Below, in pieces: positions 46,659-61,299 of a DNA stretch of 64,000 bases. Below the pieces are notes generated by a model. That model was not told the DNA's origin. It made no database searches and was given only the letters and a program-made list of their open reading frames with translations. Position numbers and translations under genes: made by a program. How positions within the stretch are numbered: the stretch's first letter is position 1; each line of letters starts with the position of its first letter. This DNA is from Amphiscolops sp. MND2022 (Eukaryota): the NCBI GenBank assembly GCA_964187785.1, contig OZ076409.1, positions 30,444,001 through 30,508,000 on the forward strand, given 5' to 3'.

Positions 46659-49600
46659 AGTTATAGGTTATGAACCAAAAAGATGTTTGTAATCATCATT
46701 TTAGCCAAATATTGTAGAAAACTTCCGGAGAAATTTGGCAACTGAATGCAAGCAATGGAAATCAACAATTTGAAGGTGAATCAACGTTGAGTGTATATGA
46801 CACCTTGATCACACCGAAAATAGTATTTATAGAAACATTGCGCTCTCAATGGACCAAAAATGTCACAACTGAATGGATGAATCATAAGTTCAAACTCCCC
46901 CTTTGCCAGTGCTATATCCAGGACACAGCAAAATTTTAGTGAATAGTCTTCTTTTCTATTTCCCTCGAAGTTTTGTTAACAGATCTGCCGGCACTCTATC
47001 GGTAGGTACAAATTCTATTGGAATTTCTCTTTTTTGGTTTTTATGGCAAAATGCTTTGTCTTGTTATGATTGATCGAGTGTTTGCTTAGAACAGTGTATG
47101 CTTGATTGTCAACAAACACGCTCACAGGTTTAGACTTACTAACTACAAGCTCACTCAACAAACCAAAAACATACGTCACCTGCTGGATAGCAACAGTGCA
47201 AGCATTTATTTCAGCTTCAGCCTGCAACTTGCTCGTCCAACGCACACAACCACGTATAACGTTCAAACTCACACACACTTCACTGTGCTGTTACCTGATG
47301 TCAACTCATTGACCCATTCTGGGGTCAGAGAAAGCACGCACATATACAACACCTTCACACATTCTAATCACGACTTCATCTTGCTTGGCTCTCTTCAAAT
47401 ACCTCAAAGTTCATTTAGCAGCCATCCAATACTCTTTTGGTGGATGGTATGAGAAACTATTTTAGACGTGAGAGGCATGAGCAATGTCAAGACTGCTTCG
47501 TAGTTTGAACTACCAACTAATCATCTATTGTCGCGTCGTTCCATTATGCAATGTTCGTCATATTCCTGTTCTTAGTCACTTGGTTCAAACTTGGTGTTTT
47601 CTGGAAACGAACTTTGTACTGGTTTACACTCTTCTTTGTTGAAGCGTTTCAAAAGATTGTCAATAAACTTCTCCTGACTCACCACTAACCTCTAGCTTCA
47701 TCCCGAGGAACCAATGTAATGAACTACAGTCACTCACTTCAAATAGTTTCTTCACTTTCTTCTCGAACCAATCATAAAAACCATCATATTATCGTTCCCA
47801 ATGAAGCATTTTGTTCACCCACGCACACACAAAACACAGTTCATTACCTGTTCCTCTCACAAACGAGCACCTGTCATTTATACATGACCGGAATGCAATT
47901 TTCTCCACGAACATGTTCAGTGTCAAATATCAGTTGCGACCAGACTGTTTTAGTCCGTAAAAAGTCTATCGCAAACTCTGAATTCACTTGATTACTTTCG
48001 TTACATTTCACCTCAATGTCTTTCGTTTGTTCCATATAGTTGTTGGTCCTTGTCAGCATTCAAATATGCCGTTTGTTGTGTTGGTTTTCCTTGATACACT
48101 GCACTGCAGGGTTGATCAGAATCCGTATTGTGGATATTCTCGCGGTTGGTCATTGTGTTTCGAAGAGATTGCGACCCTCAACTTGCGAAAACCCTTTTGC
48201 AACAAATCTGGATAGCATTTCTTGAAACTTCGGTTTTCATTGTGTTTCATTGAGAAGTATCATTTTCTCTTCTGCGGCCTACTTCGTTTCGGTAATCCCT
48301 CTGTTGTCCAAAGTTGACTGCTTCATAGAGAACCGAAATCGGTTTTCATTGCTTCTTTCCCTGAGGATCTTTCAAAGCTTCTTGAGTGGAGCTTGGTAGC
48401 TTAGTAAGTCTAACTTGGTTCTAATTTTGCAATGAAGGACTCTTCATCGCCCACAAGATCTGTGCTATGATCTGGATTAAATGGGGCGTTGTTCACTTGG
48501 ATGAACTTCCTTGGTCCTAAAGTTAAACATACTCATTAAACCTGACACTCCTTGTCTGGATGTTCTTGGTTGCACCATTTTGCTCTAACCCAACTGTGTT
48601 TGTTTTGCTGTTCTCTGCAAAATCTAGAAAGACTCCCACTGCTGCTGTTCCGTCGATTTTTCCTCTAATTTGCTTCAATGAAGCTCAATATTGGATTTTC
48701 ACCGTTCATCCTTTCATCTGGTGTTTGCTGGGTTGATGGGTGTAAGAGCGAATTTTGCCTCTAGAATGCATAGTGCAGTGCGTATGTCCAGAATTATTCT
48801 TTGTCCATGTTGGACGATCGATCAAAAACCTCGACATTCCACAACTAGTTCCCAAAACTTTCTCGATTTTCTCGTTTTTCCTTTGTGTCTACGGTGCCGA
48901 TGTTTCCTGATTGATCCTTTCGTTCCTACAAAATGTCTTCACGTCTCCGGCCACAAATTCTTTCGCACAATTGGTTAAAAAACCTTTGGTTGCCCTATTT
49001 CAGCACAGTACTGCTCATCATTTGCTGTCATTTGTCACCGCTTTTGATGAAGTAACCTTCATCGTAGCCTATGTAACTATCTTTTAATCCTTAGGCGTAG
49101 TTATGACCAACCAGCGACATTGGCGACACAGAGCCAAGAACGTCACAATGGACGTAATCCATTGTCTCTTTAACCCTTGTAATGCAGTCTTTGGGTACAT
49201 GTCCTCTTTTGGCTTTGCTAACCCCACACACGTCACACACCAATACTGCATTATGACATATATCCATTTCAAACAAATACTCCTTCACTTTTCTCAAATC
49301 TTCCTAATTGATATGACCCAGCAGGTCATGCCACTTACTTAGTTTAATAGAGAAGTTGCTCTCAGATCTAGGACTCTTCTCCAAACGAATCAAACATTTC
49401 TTGCTCAATGTAAAACTTGGTTCCATCAGACGTTGTCGAAGATCATTCTTCACCGAAACGAATTTCCACTCCCAGTTTCTTCAGTCGCGCTACTGACACT
49501 AGAGTTTTGTTGCACTCCGGAACGTACAGAGCATCGATCATTTCCACTCTGTTCCTTGTCTTTGCAATCCTTCACACCGAAGACAGCACGGTCTCTCCCG

Positions 49601-49870
49601 CACTATTTCGAATACGTCTTGTTAGCACATCCAATAACACCTTCCACTCCCTCTATCTCTTCGTTTAATCCGGCAAACAATTTCATGCCTTTCATCATGT
49701 TGTTCGTGCAACCCCTATCCACTTTCAAGTCATTGTTACTCACTTCATTATGCTCATTTGCAAAGAATGAAAAATGGATTTCAAACAATTTTCACCAGAG
49801 TCATCTTGTTGCACAGCTAACCTCGCCTCATCGGTTCTTTGGTTGCTTTGATTTCCTTACATTTTAAAAA
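46659..49870 (-). mobile_element. Duplicated 3' part of the copia element, copy 1 (LTR 46659-46894 plus pol)
   Basis: Polypurine tract AGGGGGAG next to the LTR. RNase H VFVDNQA...KTKHFAIK, integrase CDVC and VHCDVLG, protease VDRGCTNNM. Confidence 0.85.
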
Positions 49871-50919
49871 TTATTATGCGCTAAAGATATAGTGCTGGTA
49901 AATACCTGCTAATATTTACAGTACTTCTTTAATCAGAAAAGTTTGCATATTTGTTGTATGGCTCGGTCGCTTCGCTCCCTTCGCTAAGTAGCAACATTGA
50001 GGCATAACCATATGACATGTCGCTCCGCATCGCTTCGCTCCTGCATTTAGAGCACTAGGGGTATGTGAACATAGCTGACTACGTTATAATAAACATTCCG
50101 ACAAAATCTGACATGCGTTTTTAGCTTAGTGAATTCAATTTGCTTATATTCTTGCGTTAGCAGGTATTAACTATCAATGTTAGCAGGTATTTACTAAAAG
50201 AGTATTATTAGCAGATTCATACTGTTCATTTCATTAGCCGCTAAACAATTAGCAGGTATATGCTTCCCCCCTATAGTCAACCTTCAGATGGAACCGTCAC
50301 GAAGGCTTCAAATTCAAACACGTCGCGATCTTGACTTCCAAATCGGAGGCTGACTTGCGCAAGAAGAAAAGTTCCTAAAAAGCAGCTTGTACGTTGAAGG
50401 TTTGCATTGAATCCGTTGAGTACTGTCTTTTTCGTAAAGCGCTCAACATTCCAAAAACCAGAATCTTTTCAGTCATCTTCTGCTTCTCATATTTTGCGGA
50501 AATTGGAACTGGAAGCAAAAGCGTTCTGATGTAGTCTCTATAAAATTATCTTGTATTCAGTCTTTCATATTCACCTTCAGCTGATTCTCCTGTTGTCAAG
50601 GAACTATTTCTTTTTTAAGACTGGATCAGTAGATGACATTTCGGTATCAAGTTGAAAATAGTATCAATGGGCATACGCTTTGTATTTTGATTGGCTTTGG
50701 TTTTCCACCTCGAAAATTGATGAATACAAAATTTCAAAAAAAAACATCGAAGTTCAAACTTATGATTCGTTAGTAATGCTCACTATCATATTTTCACTAA
50801 ACTTTACATTTCATTATCTTGTCTGCACAAGATTCAGACAAACTGGAAGATAGTTTTAACAAGTTAAGTTTTAACAAGGTAAGGTCAGGAATTTAATTAC
50901 CATTTTTGACAACCTCAGA

Positions 50920-53900
50920 CGTTATAGGTTATGAACCAAAAAGATGTTTGTAATTATCATTTTAGCCAATTATTGTAGAAAACTTTCAGAGAAATTGGGC
51001 AACTGAATGCAAGCAATGGAAATCAACAATTTGAAGGTAAATCAACTTTGAGTGTATATGACACCTTGATCACACCGAAAATAGTATTTAAAGAAACATT
51101 GCGCTCTCAATGGACCAAAAATGTCACAACTGAATGGATGAATCATAAGTTGAAACTCCGCCTTTGCCAGTTCTATATCGAGGACACAGCAAAAATTTAG
51201 TGAATAGTCTTCTTTTCTATTTCCCTCGAAGTTTTGTTAGCAGATCTGCCGGCACTTTATCGGTAGGTACAAATTCTATTGGAATTTCTCTTTTTTGGTT
51301 TTTATGGCAAAATGCTTTGTCTTGTTATGATTGATCGAGTGTTTGCTTAGAACAGTGCATGCTTGATTGTCAACAAACACGCTCACAGGTTTAAGCTTAC
51401 TAACTACAAGCTCACTCAACAAACCACAATTATACGTCACCTGCTGGATAGCAACAGTGCAAGCATTTACTTCAGCTTCAGCCTGCAACTCGCTCGTCCA
51501 ACGCACACAACCACGTATAATGTTCAAACTCACACACACTTCATTGTGCTCTTACCTGATGTCAACTCATTGGCCCATTTTGGGGTCAGAGAAAGCACGC
51601 ACATATACACCACCTTCACACATTCTAATCACGACTTCATCTTGCTTGGCTCTCTTCAAATACCTCAAAATTCGTTTAGCAGCCATCCAATACTCTTTTG
51701 GTGGATGGTATAAGAAACTATTTTAGACGTGAGAGGCATGAGCAATGTCAGGACTGCTCCGTAGTTTAAACTACCAACTAATCCTCTATTGTCGCGTCGT
51801 TCCATTATGCAATGTTCGTCATATTCCTGTTCTTAGTCACTTGGTTCAAACTTGGTGTTTTCTGGAAACGAACTTTGTACCGGTTTACACTCTTCTTTGT
51901 TGAAGCGTTTCAAAAGATTGTCAATAAACTTCTCCTGACTCACCACTAACGTCTAGCTTCATCCCGAGGAACCAATGTAATGACCTACAGTCACTCACTT
52001 CAAATAGTTTCTTCACTTTCTTCTCGAACCAATCATAAAAACCATCATATCGTTCCCAATGAAGCATTTTGTTCACCCACGCACACACAAAACACAGTTC
52101 ATTACCTGTTCCTCTCACAAACGAGCACTTGTCATTTATACATGACCGGAATGCAATTTTCTCCACAAACATGTTCAGTGTCAAATATCAGTTGCGACCA
52201 GAGTGTTTTAGTCCGCAAAGAGTCTTTCGCAAATTCTGAATACACTTGATTACTTTCGTTACATTTCACTTCTATCTCTTTCGGTTGCTCCATGTAGACG
52301 TTGGTCCTTATGTCAGCATTCAAATCTGCCGTTTGACGTGTTGGTTTTCCTTGATACACTGCACTGCACGGTTGAACAAAATCCGTATTGTAGATATTCT
52401 CGCGGTTGGTGATTGTGTTTCGAAGAGATTGCGACCCTCACCTTGCGAAACCCTTTTGCAACAAATCTGGATAGCATTTCTTGAAACTTCGGTTTTCATT
52501 GTGTTTCATAGAGAAGCGCAATTTTTCTTCTGCGGCCTACTTCGTTTCGGTAGTCCCTCTGTTGTCCAAAAATGGCTGCTACATAGAGAACTGAAATCGG
52601 CTTTCATTGCTTCTTTTCCTGGGGATCTTTCAATGCTTTTTGAGTGGAACTTGGTTGCTTAGTAGGTCTAACTTGGTTCTAATTTTGCAATGAAGGACTC
52701 TTCATTGCCCACAAGAACTGTGCTATGATCTCGACTAAATGGGGCGTTGTTCACTTGGTTGAACTTTCTTGGTCCTAAAGTTAAACACATCCTCATTAAA
52801 TCTGACACTCCTTGTCTGGATGTTCTTGGTTGCACAATTTTGCTCTAACCCAACTATGTTTGTTTTGCTGTTCTCTGCAAAATCTAGAAAGTCTCCCACT
52901 CCTGCTCTTCCGTCGATTTTTCCTCTAACTTGCTTCAATGAAGCTTAATTTTGGCTTTTCACTGTACATCCTCTCATCTTGTGTTTGCTGGGTTGATGGG
53001 TGTAAGAGCGAATTTTGGGTCTATAATGCATAGTGCAGTGCGTAGGTCCAGAATTCTTCTTTGTCCAAGTTGGACGATTGATCAAAAACCTCGACATTCC
53101 ACAACTGGTTCCCAATACTTTCTCGATTTCCTCGTTTTTCCTTTGTGTCTAGGGTGCCGATGTTTGCTGATTGATCCTTTTGTTCCTACAAAATGTCTTC
53201 GCGTCTCCGCCCACACACTCTTTCGCACAATCAGTTAAAAAACCTTTGGTTGCCCTTTTTCAGCACAGTACTGCTCATCATTTGCTGTCAATTGTCACCG
53301 TTTTTAATGAAGTAACCTTCATCGTAGCCTATGTAACTATCTTGTAATCCTTAGGCGTAGTTACGACCTACCAGCGACATTGGCGACACAGAGCCTAGAA
53401 CGTCACAATGGACGTCATCCATTGTCTCTTTAACCCATGTAATGCAGTCTTTGGGTACATGTCCTCTTTTGGCTTTGCTAACCCCACACACGTCACACAC
53501 CAATACTGCATTATGACATATATCCATTCCAAACAAATACTCCTTCACTTTTCTCAAATCTTCTGTTAGTGACACTAGAGTTCTGTTGCACTCCGGAACG
53601 TACAGAGCATCGATCATTTCCACTCTGTTCCTTTTCTTTGCAATCCTTCACACCGAAGACAGCACGGTCTCTCCCGCACTATTTCGAGTACGTCTTGTTA
53701 GCACATCCAATAACTCCTTCCACTCCCTCTATCACTTCGTTTTTTCCGGCATACAATTTCATGTCTTTGATCATGTTGTTCGTGCTAACCCTATCCACCC
53801 TCAAGTCATTGTTACTCACTTCAATATGCTCATTTGCAAAGAATGAAAAATGGATTTCAAACAATTTTCACCTGAGTCATCTTGTTGCACAGCTAACCTC

Positions 53901-53945
53901 GCCTCATCGGTTCTTTGGTTGCCTTGGTTCCCTTACATTTTAAAA
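50920..53945 (-). mobile_element. Duplicated 3' part of the copia element, copy 2 (LTR 50920-51155 plus pol; ~190-bp deletion near 53563)
   Basis: Same motifs as copy 1. Confidence 0.85.
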
Positions 53946-54978
53946 CTTATTGTGCGCTAAAGATATAGTGCTAGTAAATACCTGCTAATATTTAGAGTAC
54001 TTCTTTAATAAGAAAAGTTTGCATGTTTGTTGTATGGCTCGGTCGCTTCGCTCCCTTCGCCAAGTAGCAACATTGTGGCATGGCCATATGGCATGTCGCT
54101 TCGCTTCGCTTCGCTCCTGCATTTAGGGCACTAGGGGTATGTGAACATAGCTGACTACGTTATAATAAAAATTCCGACAAAATCTGACATGCGTTTTTAG
54201 CTTAGTGAATTCAATTCGCCTATATTCTTGCGTTAGCAGGTATTTACTATCAATGTTAGCAGGTTTTTACTAAAAGAGTATTATTGGCAGATACATACTG
54301 TTCGTTTTTTTTAGCAGCTAAATAACTAGCAGGTATATGCTACCCCCCTATAGTCAACCTTCAGATGGAACCGTCACGAAGGCTTCAAATTCAAACCAGT
54401 CGCGATCTTAACTTCCAAATCGGAGGCTGACTTGCGCAAGAAGAAAAATTCTCAAAAAGCAGCTTGTACGTTGGAAGTTTGCGTTGAAATCGTTAAGTAC
54501 TGTCCCTTTCGGAAAGCGCTCAACATTCCACGAACCAGAATCTTCTCAGTCATCTTCTGCTTCTCATATTTTGCGGAAATTGGAACTGGAAGCAAAAACG
54601 TTCTGATGTAGTCTGTATCAAAATATCTGCAATTCAGTCTCTCATATTCACCTTCAGCTGATTCTCCTGTTGTCAAGGAACTATTTCTTTTTTAAGACTG
54701 GATCATTAGATGACATTTTGGTATCAAGTTGAAAATAGTATCAATGGGCATACGCTTTGTATTTTGATTGTCTTTGGTTTTCCACCTCGAAAATTGATGA
54801 ATACAAAATTTCAAAAAACATCGAAGTTCAAACTTATGATTCATTAGTAATGCTCACTGTCAAATTTTCACTAAATTTTACATTTCATTACATTGTCTGC
54901 ACAAGATTCAGATAAACTGGAGGATAGTTTTAACAAGGTAAGGTCAGGAATTTTATTACCATTTTTGACAACCTCAGA

Positions 54979-57900
54979 CGTTATAGGTTATGAACCAAAA
55001 AGATGTTCGTAATTATTATTTTAGCCAATTATTGTAGAAAACTTCCAGAGAAATTGGGCAACTGAATGCAAGCAATGGAAATCAACAATTTGAAGGTAAA
55101 TCAACTTTGAGTGTATATGACACCTTGATCACACCGAAAATAGTATTTATTGAAACATTGCGATCTCAATGGACCAAAAATGTCACAACTGAATGGATGA
55201 ATCATAAGTTGAAACTCCCTCTTTGCCAGTGCTATATCCAGGACACAGCAAAATTTTAGTGAATAGTCTTCTTTTCTATTTCCCTCGAAGTTTTGTTAAC
55301 AGATCTGCCGGTGCTCTATCGGTAGGTACAAATTCTAATGGAATTTCTCTTTTTTGGTTTTTTGGCAAAATGCTTTGTCTTGTTACGATTGATCGAGTGT
55401 TTGCTTAGAACAGTGTATGCTTGACTGTCAACAAACACGCTCACAGGTTTAGACTTTCTAACTACAAGCTCACTCAACAAACCACAAACATACGCCACAT
55501 GCTGGATAGCAACAGTGCAAGCATTGACTTCAGCCTAATCCTGCAACTTGCTCGTCCAACGCACACAACCACGTATAATGTTCAAACTCACACACACTTC
55601 ATTGTGCTCTTACCTGATGTCAACTCATTGGCCCATTCTGGGGTCAGAGAAAGCACGCACATTTACACCACCTTCACACATTCTAATCAAGACTTCATCT
55701 TGCTTGGCTCTCTTCAAATACCTCAAAATTCGTTTAGCAGCCATCCAATACTCTTTTGGTGGATGGTATAGGAAAATGTTTTAGACGTGAGAGGTATGAG
55801 CAATGTCAGGACTGCTTCGTAGTTTGAACTACCAACTTATCTTCTATTGTCGCGTCGTTCCATTATGCTATGTTCGTCATATTCCTGTCCTTAGTCACTT
55901 GGTTCAAATTTAGTGTTTTCTGGAAACGAATTCTGTACTGGTTTACACTCTTCCATGTTGAAGCGTTTCAAAAGATTGTCAATAAACTTCTCCTGACTCA
56001 CCACTAACGTCTAGCTTCATCCCGAGGAACCAATGTAATGAACTACAGTCACTCACTTCAAACTGTTTCTTCACTTTCTTCTCGAACCAACCAACAAAAC
56101 CATCCTGTCGTTCCCAATGAAGCATTTTGTTCAGCCACGCACATACAAAACACAGTTCATTACCTGTTCCTATCACAAACAAGCACTTGTCATTTATACA
56201 TGACCGGAATGCAATTTTCTCCACGAACATGTTCAGTGTCAAATATCAGTTGCGACCAGACTGTTTTAGTCCGTATTAATCTTTCGCAAATTCTTAATAC
56301 ACTTGATTACTTTCGTTACATTTCACTTAAATGTCTTTCAGTTGTTCCATGTAGACGTTGGTCCTTATGTCAGCATTCAAATCTGCCGTTTGAGGTGTTG
56401 GTTTTCCTTGATACACTGCACTGCACAGTTGAACAGAATCCGTATTGTGGATATTCTTGCGGTTGGTGATTGTGTTTCGAAGAGATTGCGACCCTCACCT
56501 TGCGAAAACCCTTTTGCAACAAATCTGGATAGCATTTCTTGATACTTCGGTTTTCATTGTGTTTCATAGAGAAGTGTCATTTTCTCTTCTGCGGCCTACT
56601 TCGTTTCGGTAGTCCCTCTGTTGTCCAAAGTTGGCTGCTACAAAGAGAACTGAAATCGGCTTTCATTGCTTCTTCCCCTGAGGATCTTTCAATGCTTTTT
56701 GAGTGAAACTTGGTAGCTTAGTAAGTCTAACTTGGTTCTACTTTTGCAATGAAGGACTCTTCATCGCCCACAAGAACTGTGCTATGATCTCGATTAAATG
56801 GGGCGTTGTTCTCTTGGTTGAACTTCCTTGGTCGTAAAGTTAAACACATCCTCATTATATCTGACACTCCTTGTCTGGATGTTCTTGGTTGCACCATTTT
56901 GCTCTAACCCAACTATGTTTGTATTGCTGTTCTCTGCAAAATCTAGAAAAACTCCCACTGCTGCTCTTCTGTCGATTTTTTCTTTACCTTGCTTCAATGA
57001 AGCTCAATTTTGGCTTTTCACAGTACATCCTCTCATCTGGTGTTCGCTGGGTTGATGGGTGTAAGAGCAAATTTTGGATCTAAAATGCATAGTGAAGTGC
57101 GTATTTCCAGCATTCTTCTTTGTCCATGTTAGACGATCGATCAAAAACCTCGACATACCACAACTGGTTTCCAATACTTTCTCGATTTTCTCGTTTTTCC
57201 TTTGTGTCTACTGTGCCGATGTTTCCTGACTGATCCTTTTGTTCCTACAAAATTTCTTCGTGTCTCCGCCCACACACCCTTTCGCACAATCAGTTAAAAT
57301 ACCTTTGGTTGGCCTGTTTCAGCACAGTACTGCTCATCCTTTGCTGTCATTTGTCACCGCTTTTAATGAAGTAACCTTCATCGTAGCCTATGTATTTATC
57401 TTGTAATCCTTAGGCGTAGTTATGACCAACCAGCGACATTGGCGACACAGAGCCTAGAACGTCACAATGGACGTCATCCATTGTCTCTTTAACCCATGTA
57501 AGGCAGTCTTTGGGTACATGTCTTCTTTTGGCTTTACTAACCCCACACACGTCACACACCAACACTGCATTATGACATACATCCATTCCAACCAAATACT
57601 ACTTCACTTTTTTCAAATCTTCCTAATTGTTATGACCCAGCAGGTCATGCTACTTACTTAGTTTAATAGAGAAGTTGCTCTCAGATCTAGGACTATTCTC
57701 CAAACGAATCAAACACTTTCTTGCTCAATGTAAAGCTGGGTTCAATCAGACGTTGTCGAGGAACTTTCCTCACCGAAACGAATTTCCACTCCCAGGTACT
57801 TCAGTCGCGCTACTGACACTAGAATTCTGTTGAACTCCCGAACGTACAGATTATCAATCAACTCCACCCTGTCCCTTATCTTTGCAATCCTTCACACCGA

Positions 57901-59759
57901 AGACAGCACGGTCTCCCGCACTGTTTCTAATACGTCTTGTTAGCACATCCAATAACTCCTTCCACTCCTTCTATCTCTTCGTTTAATCCGGCAAACAATT
58001 TCATGTCTTTGATACTCACTTCAATATGCTCATTTGCAAAGAATGAAAAATGGATTTCATACAATTTTCACCTGAGTCATCTTGTTGCACAGCTAACCTC
58101 GCCTCATCGGTTCTTTGGTTGCTTTGGTTTCCTTACATTATAAAACAGGAACTTAAGGTGTCCCTTTTTCTTGCAGTGGTTACAAAATCTTTCCTGCATT
58201 CGTCATTTACTATCTCCAGATATCACTTGCGAGCGACAATGCCCTGCTATGTGTCCTGGTTTACTGCTTTCCAACAGATGCGAAGTTGTCCAAAACCATT
58301 GGTTTGCTTGGTCTTTAGGCGTGCTTTTTGTGTACACTCAAATGGCTTGTGACCTGGTCCTCCACAGAGATGACATGAACTTTCGTTACGACGGAGGAGC
58401 GTGGTTTCTTTGCTCTTGGTTTTGTTTTGTAGGCGTTTAAATTCATCAAATCCCTCTTCACCTCATACAAGAAATGGTTTGCTTGGATGACGAGGGCACA
58501 CAATGTCTCGAACTCCTCTAGAAGACCTTTTAACAAGATTGATACAAACATTTGCTCGCCCAGCGTTTCGCCCTCTTGACCTAAATTGTACTGTAAGCCT
58601 TAAACTCTCGTAATGTAATCAACTTTAGCTTCACCTTGATCTTTTCTAAGTGAGGTCTGTTTCTTAATTAGCTGCTGCCACTGGCTCTTAAAACGGTCAC
58701 ATAAAGCGTTCCACGCAGCTGGACCGTCACATTCGTGACTACTCACAAACGACAGACATTTTTATCCGAGCATTGTACCAATTCCAACCAGATCTTATAC
58801 ATTTTGTCAGGAAAAACTTCCTGTCCATCTTCTCTCGATTAACTACTCCTTCCTTTCAGTCTACACGATTCAGCACCTTCACTTCCATTCAGCACAATAT
58901 GTAGTCTCAAGAAATTCCCTCTGGCCTCAACCTGTTCACAAAGTATGACGAAGTTGTCCCGTCTCCTCGAAATTTGAGACTTACTAACTTCGTTTGCGCA
59001 CTCACAGCCATGACAATCAAACATGCTGCACTCAGTTCAAAAATCAGTTATCAAAACTTCAATGAATTTTTCATTCACTCTCCAAACAAAAAAACTAGGC
59101 AATCATCTTTTCTATTTCGAACTGATTACCCAAACTATTTTTTTGATCTGCAGCAATTCTGCCTAAAAAGCACACAAAAATTTATTCCACTGCTGTTTTA
59201 CCAAACAGCGTTTGAAACTTTAAGTTATTTTTATTACAATCTTGGGAATAAGAGTATTTTCTAATTTCGGAAGGGATCTAACATTAATTACCGAAAGAGA
59301 TCATTGTTTTTCGCAATAGATCAAAATGTTTCTGTGGGTGCAAAAAGTTTTCGTAAGGGAGTGAAATCCAATTGTGGAACTTTCTCTTTAACTGTCCGCG
59401 GACTTCTTCATTTGCTTTTTTATCTTTCAAATGGTCAATTTTCCGCGCAGAAAATGTCTCTCCTCTTATGTACCTCAGGACCACTCAGGACCACAGACCC
59501 CAGTGAAACTGTTCTGAGCCTCTAACTTTATAGGTTTTGTGCTGAAAAGATATTTTAATCACCTATTTAATCAATTAATGTAGAAAACTTCAAGAGAAAA
59601 CTGGGCAACTAAATGCACGCAAAGGAAAATAAAACTTTAGAGGTAAACCAACTTTAAGTATATATCACACCTTGATCGCACCGAACAAATATTGGAAGCA
59701 TTGGGCTGTCAATGGAACAAATAGTGTAAGAACTGAAAGGATGATTGATATGTTGAACA
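54979..59759 (-). mobile_element. Decayed full-length Ty1/copia LTR retrotransposon
   Basis: LTRs at 59527-59759 and 54979-55214 are homologous but diverged. PBS-like GTTAGAGGCTCAG (compare copia GGTTATGGGCCCAG). Domain order gag (ILLKGLLEEFETL) - protease - integrase - RT (WFLGMKL) - RNase H. Confidence 0.88.
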
Positions 59760-61299
59760 CGCATATTATTATTCCAGTACCAATGTCTATATGGGAGAAG
59801 ATAATTACTAAGTGGCAACTTTTTGTAATGAAAATTGCGACTTTATTTCGTGGAATAAACAAGTTTCAAAATATTTTCTTAGAACAAAACTTTTTGCAAA
59901 ACTGTTTTTTTAGTTTGCTTACAAAACCATATCGACTCCGAGTCGTGATCTGAGAGTCCCATATATCAATCCCATGATTGAGACGTGGCGCCAGAAAAAC
60001 ACTGCTCGGCGATGCTGACACCAAACTCTCAGACCGACGGAGATCAAAGCCAAGTTGTCGGACGTGTTGACTAAATAGAACTCCCCTGATGCAAAAAACG
60101 AGATGGCAACAATAGGATCATTAGTCACATTGACCATCAAAACCTAGTGTCGTCTTCAAAGATACAAGTTGCTGACTGCATTCTTCCTTTCTTCGTCAAA
60201 AAGTTCTTCCAGAAGTGCGCTGGGTTTTGTTTTGCAATCTGGAACTGCGGGCCTCGAGATGTCAAATAGTTTCATTAGTTGGGCATTTCCAGGCGCAATA
60301 AAAGCTGTATTGGTAGCAATAGGACCCGATGAGACCAATCCATGTGTAGTTTGTTCATTTTCTCTACGCCACTACAATTTCATCAAGCATGCGAAGTCTA
60401 CAAAGAATGACCATGTGATTTTTTATTCGCGCAACTAAGAGCGCCACATCCTCTTCGCACAAATTGCACTGTGCGCGCGCTGGCTCACATCGCGTTTGGT
60501 TTCTGTAAAATCGTTCCAAAATGGATTTTGCTTCAATCACCATGCTTCAATATCTAATAAAGATTCCAGAGTTTCAAGAAGTATGACCAAAAATTTTACT
60601 TACAGTGAAATACAACGCATGAAAAGTTAATGTTTTTTACCGTGTTTTGATGGTTTTTTCATTTTTGCGAAACCTGATTCAAACCGGAATCCTTCCACAG
60701 AATTCAACTGCCAAAAACTTGGTTTCGTGTGCTAAAGACTTTTGTACGTTTTTCGTTATGATCAAAATAACCACACAGTGACATTGTTTTTCAGTTTTTT
60801 CCTTTTTATGCTTTCTTGTACAATTTATGGGTCTTCTCCCGAGTTAGAATGTCTAAAAGTTCAACACGGAAAAATCAAGTAATTAGGACGCTCTTTGAAC
60901 AAAAATTGAAAAGATTCCTTGAAAACATGCCTCACAATGACACCAAAATATCCAAAAATGACCAACTGTTTCTGTGTTTGAAAATTTTTTGCGGTAAAAT
61001 TATCAAAAGGGTTTAAATCAGCCCGTAACTTGCTTCTTAAAAGAATAATTTTGTTTTGTTTTAAAAAGCGTTGAAACGCGAAAATTCCACGGCAAGCATT
61101 TCCAATTGCTGGAGGTTTGTCGGAACCGGTTAACGTTCTGATGAATTGGATGGAACGTTGGACCTATCAATACTGTATCCAGGATACGAGAGGGTGCAGT
61201 CATATCATAGAAATGGGATCCCGACCACTCGTACTCAAGCGTGAGCTTGAACAACGCGTTTGAGGGTATTTGAAAACCATTTCACGCTTTCACAGTTAA

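Larger units (their letters stand above)
45634..58145. repeat. Tandem triplication: units 45634-49879, 49880-53955, 53956-58145
   Basis: Each unit starts gctaaagatatagtgct and contains a partial MITE, flank DNA, a copia 3' LTR and copia pol. ORF fragments recur at offsets of ~4.26 and ~4.06 kb. Confidence 0.97.

Noticed and set aside
47102..58440. Numerous plus-strand ORFs of 60-145 aa repeated three times
   Set aside because: They are antisense shadows of the decayed copia pol, repeated because of the triplication.
54973..59765. Target-site duplication for the copia element
   Set aside because: The flanks ctcaga and cgcata match only partially, which is not supportable.
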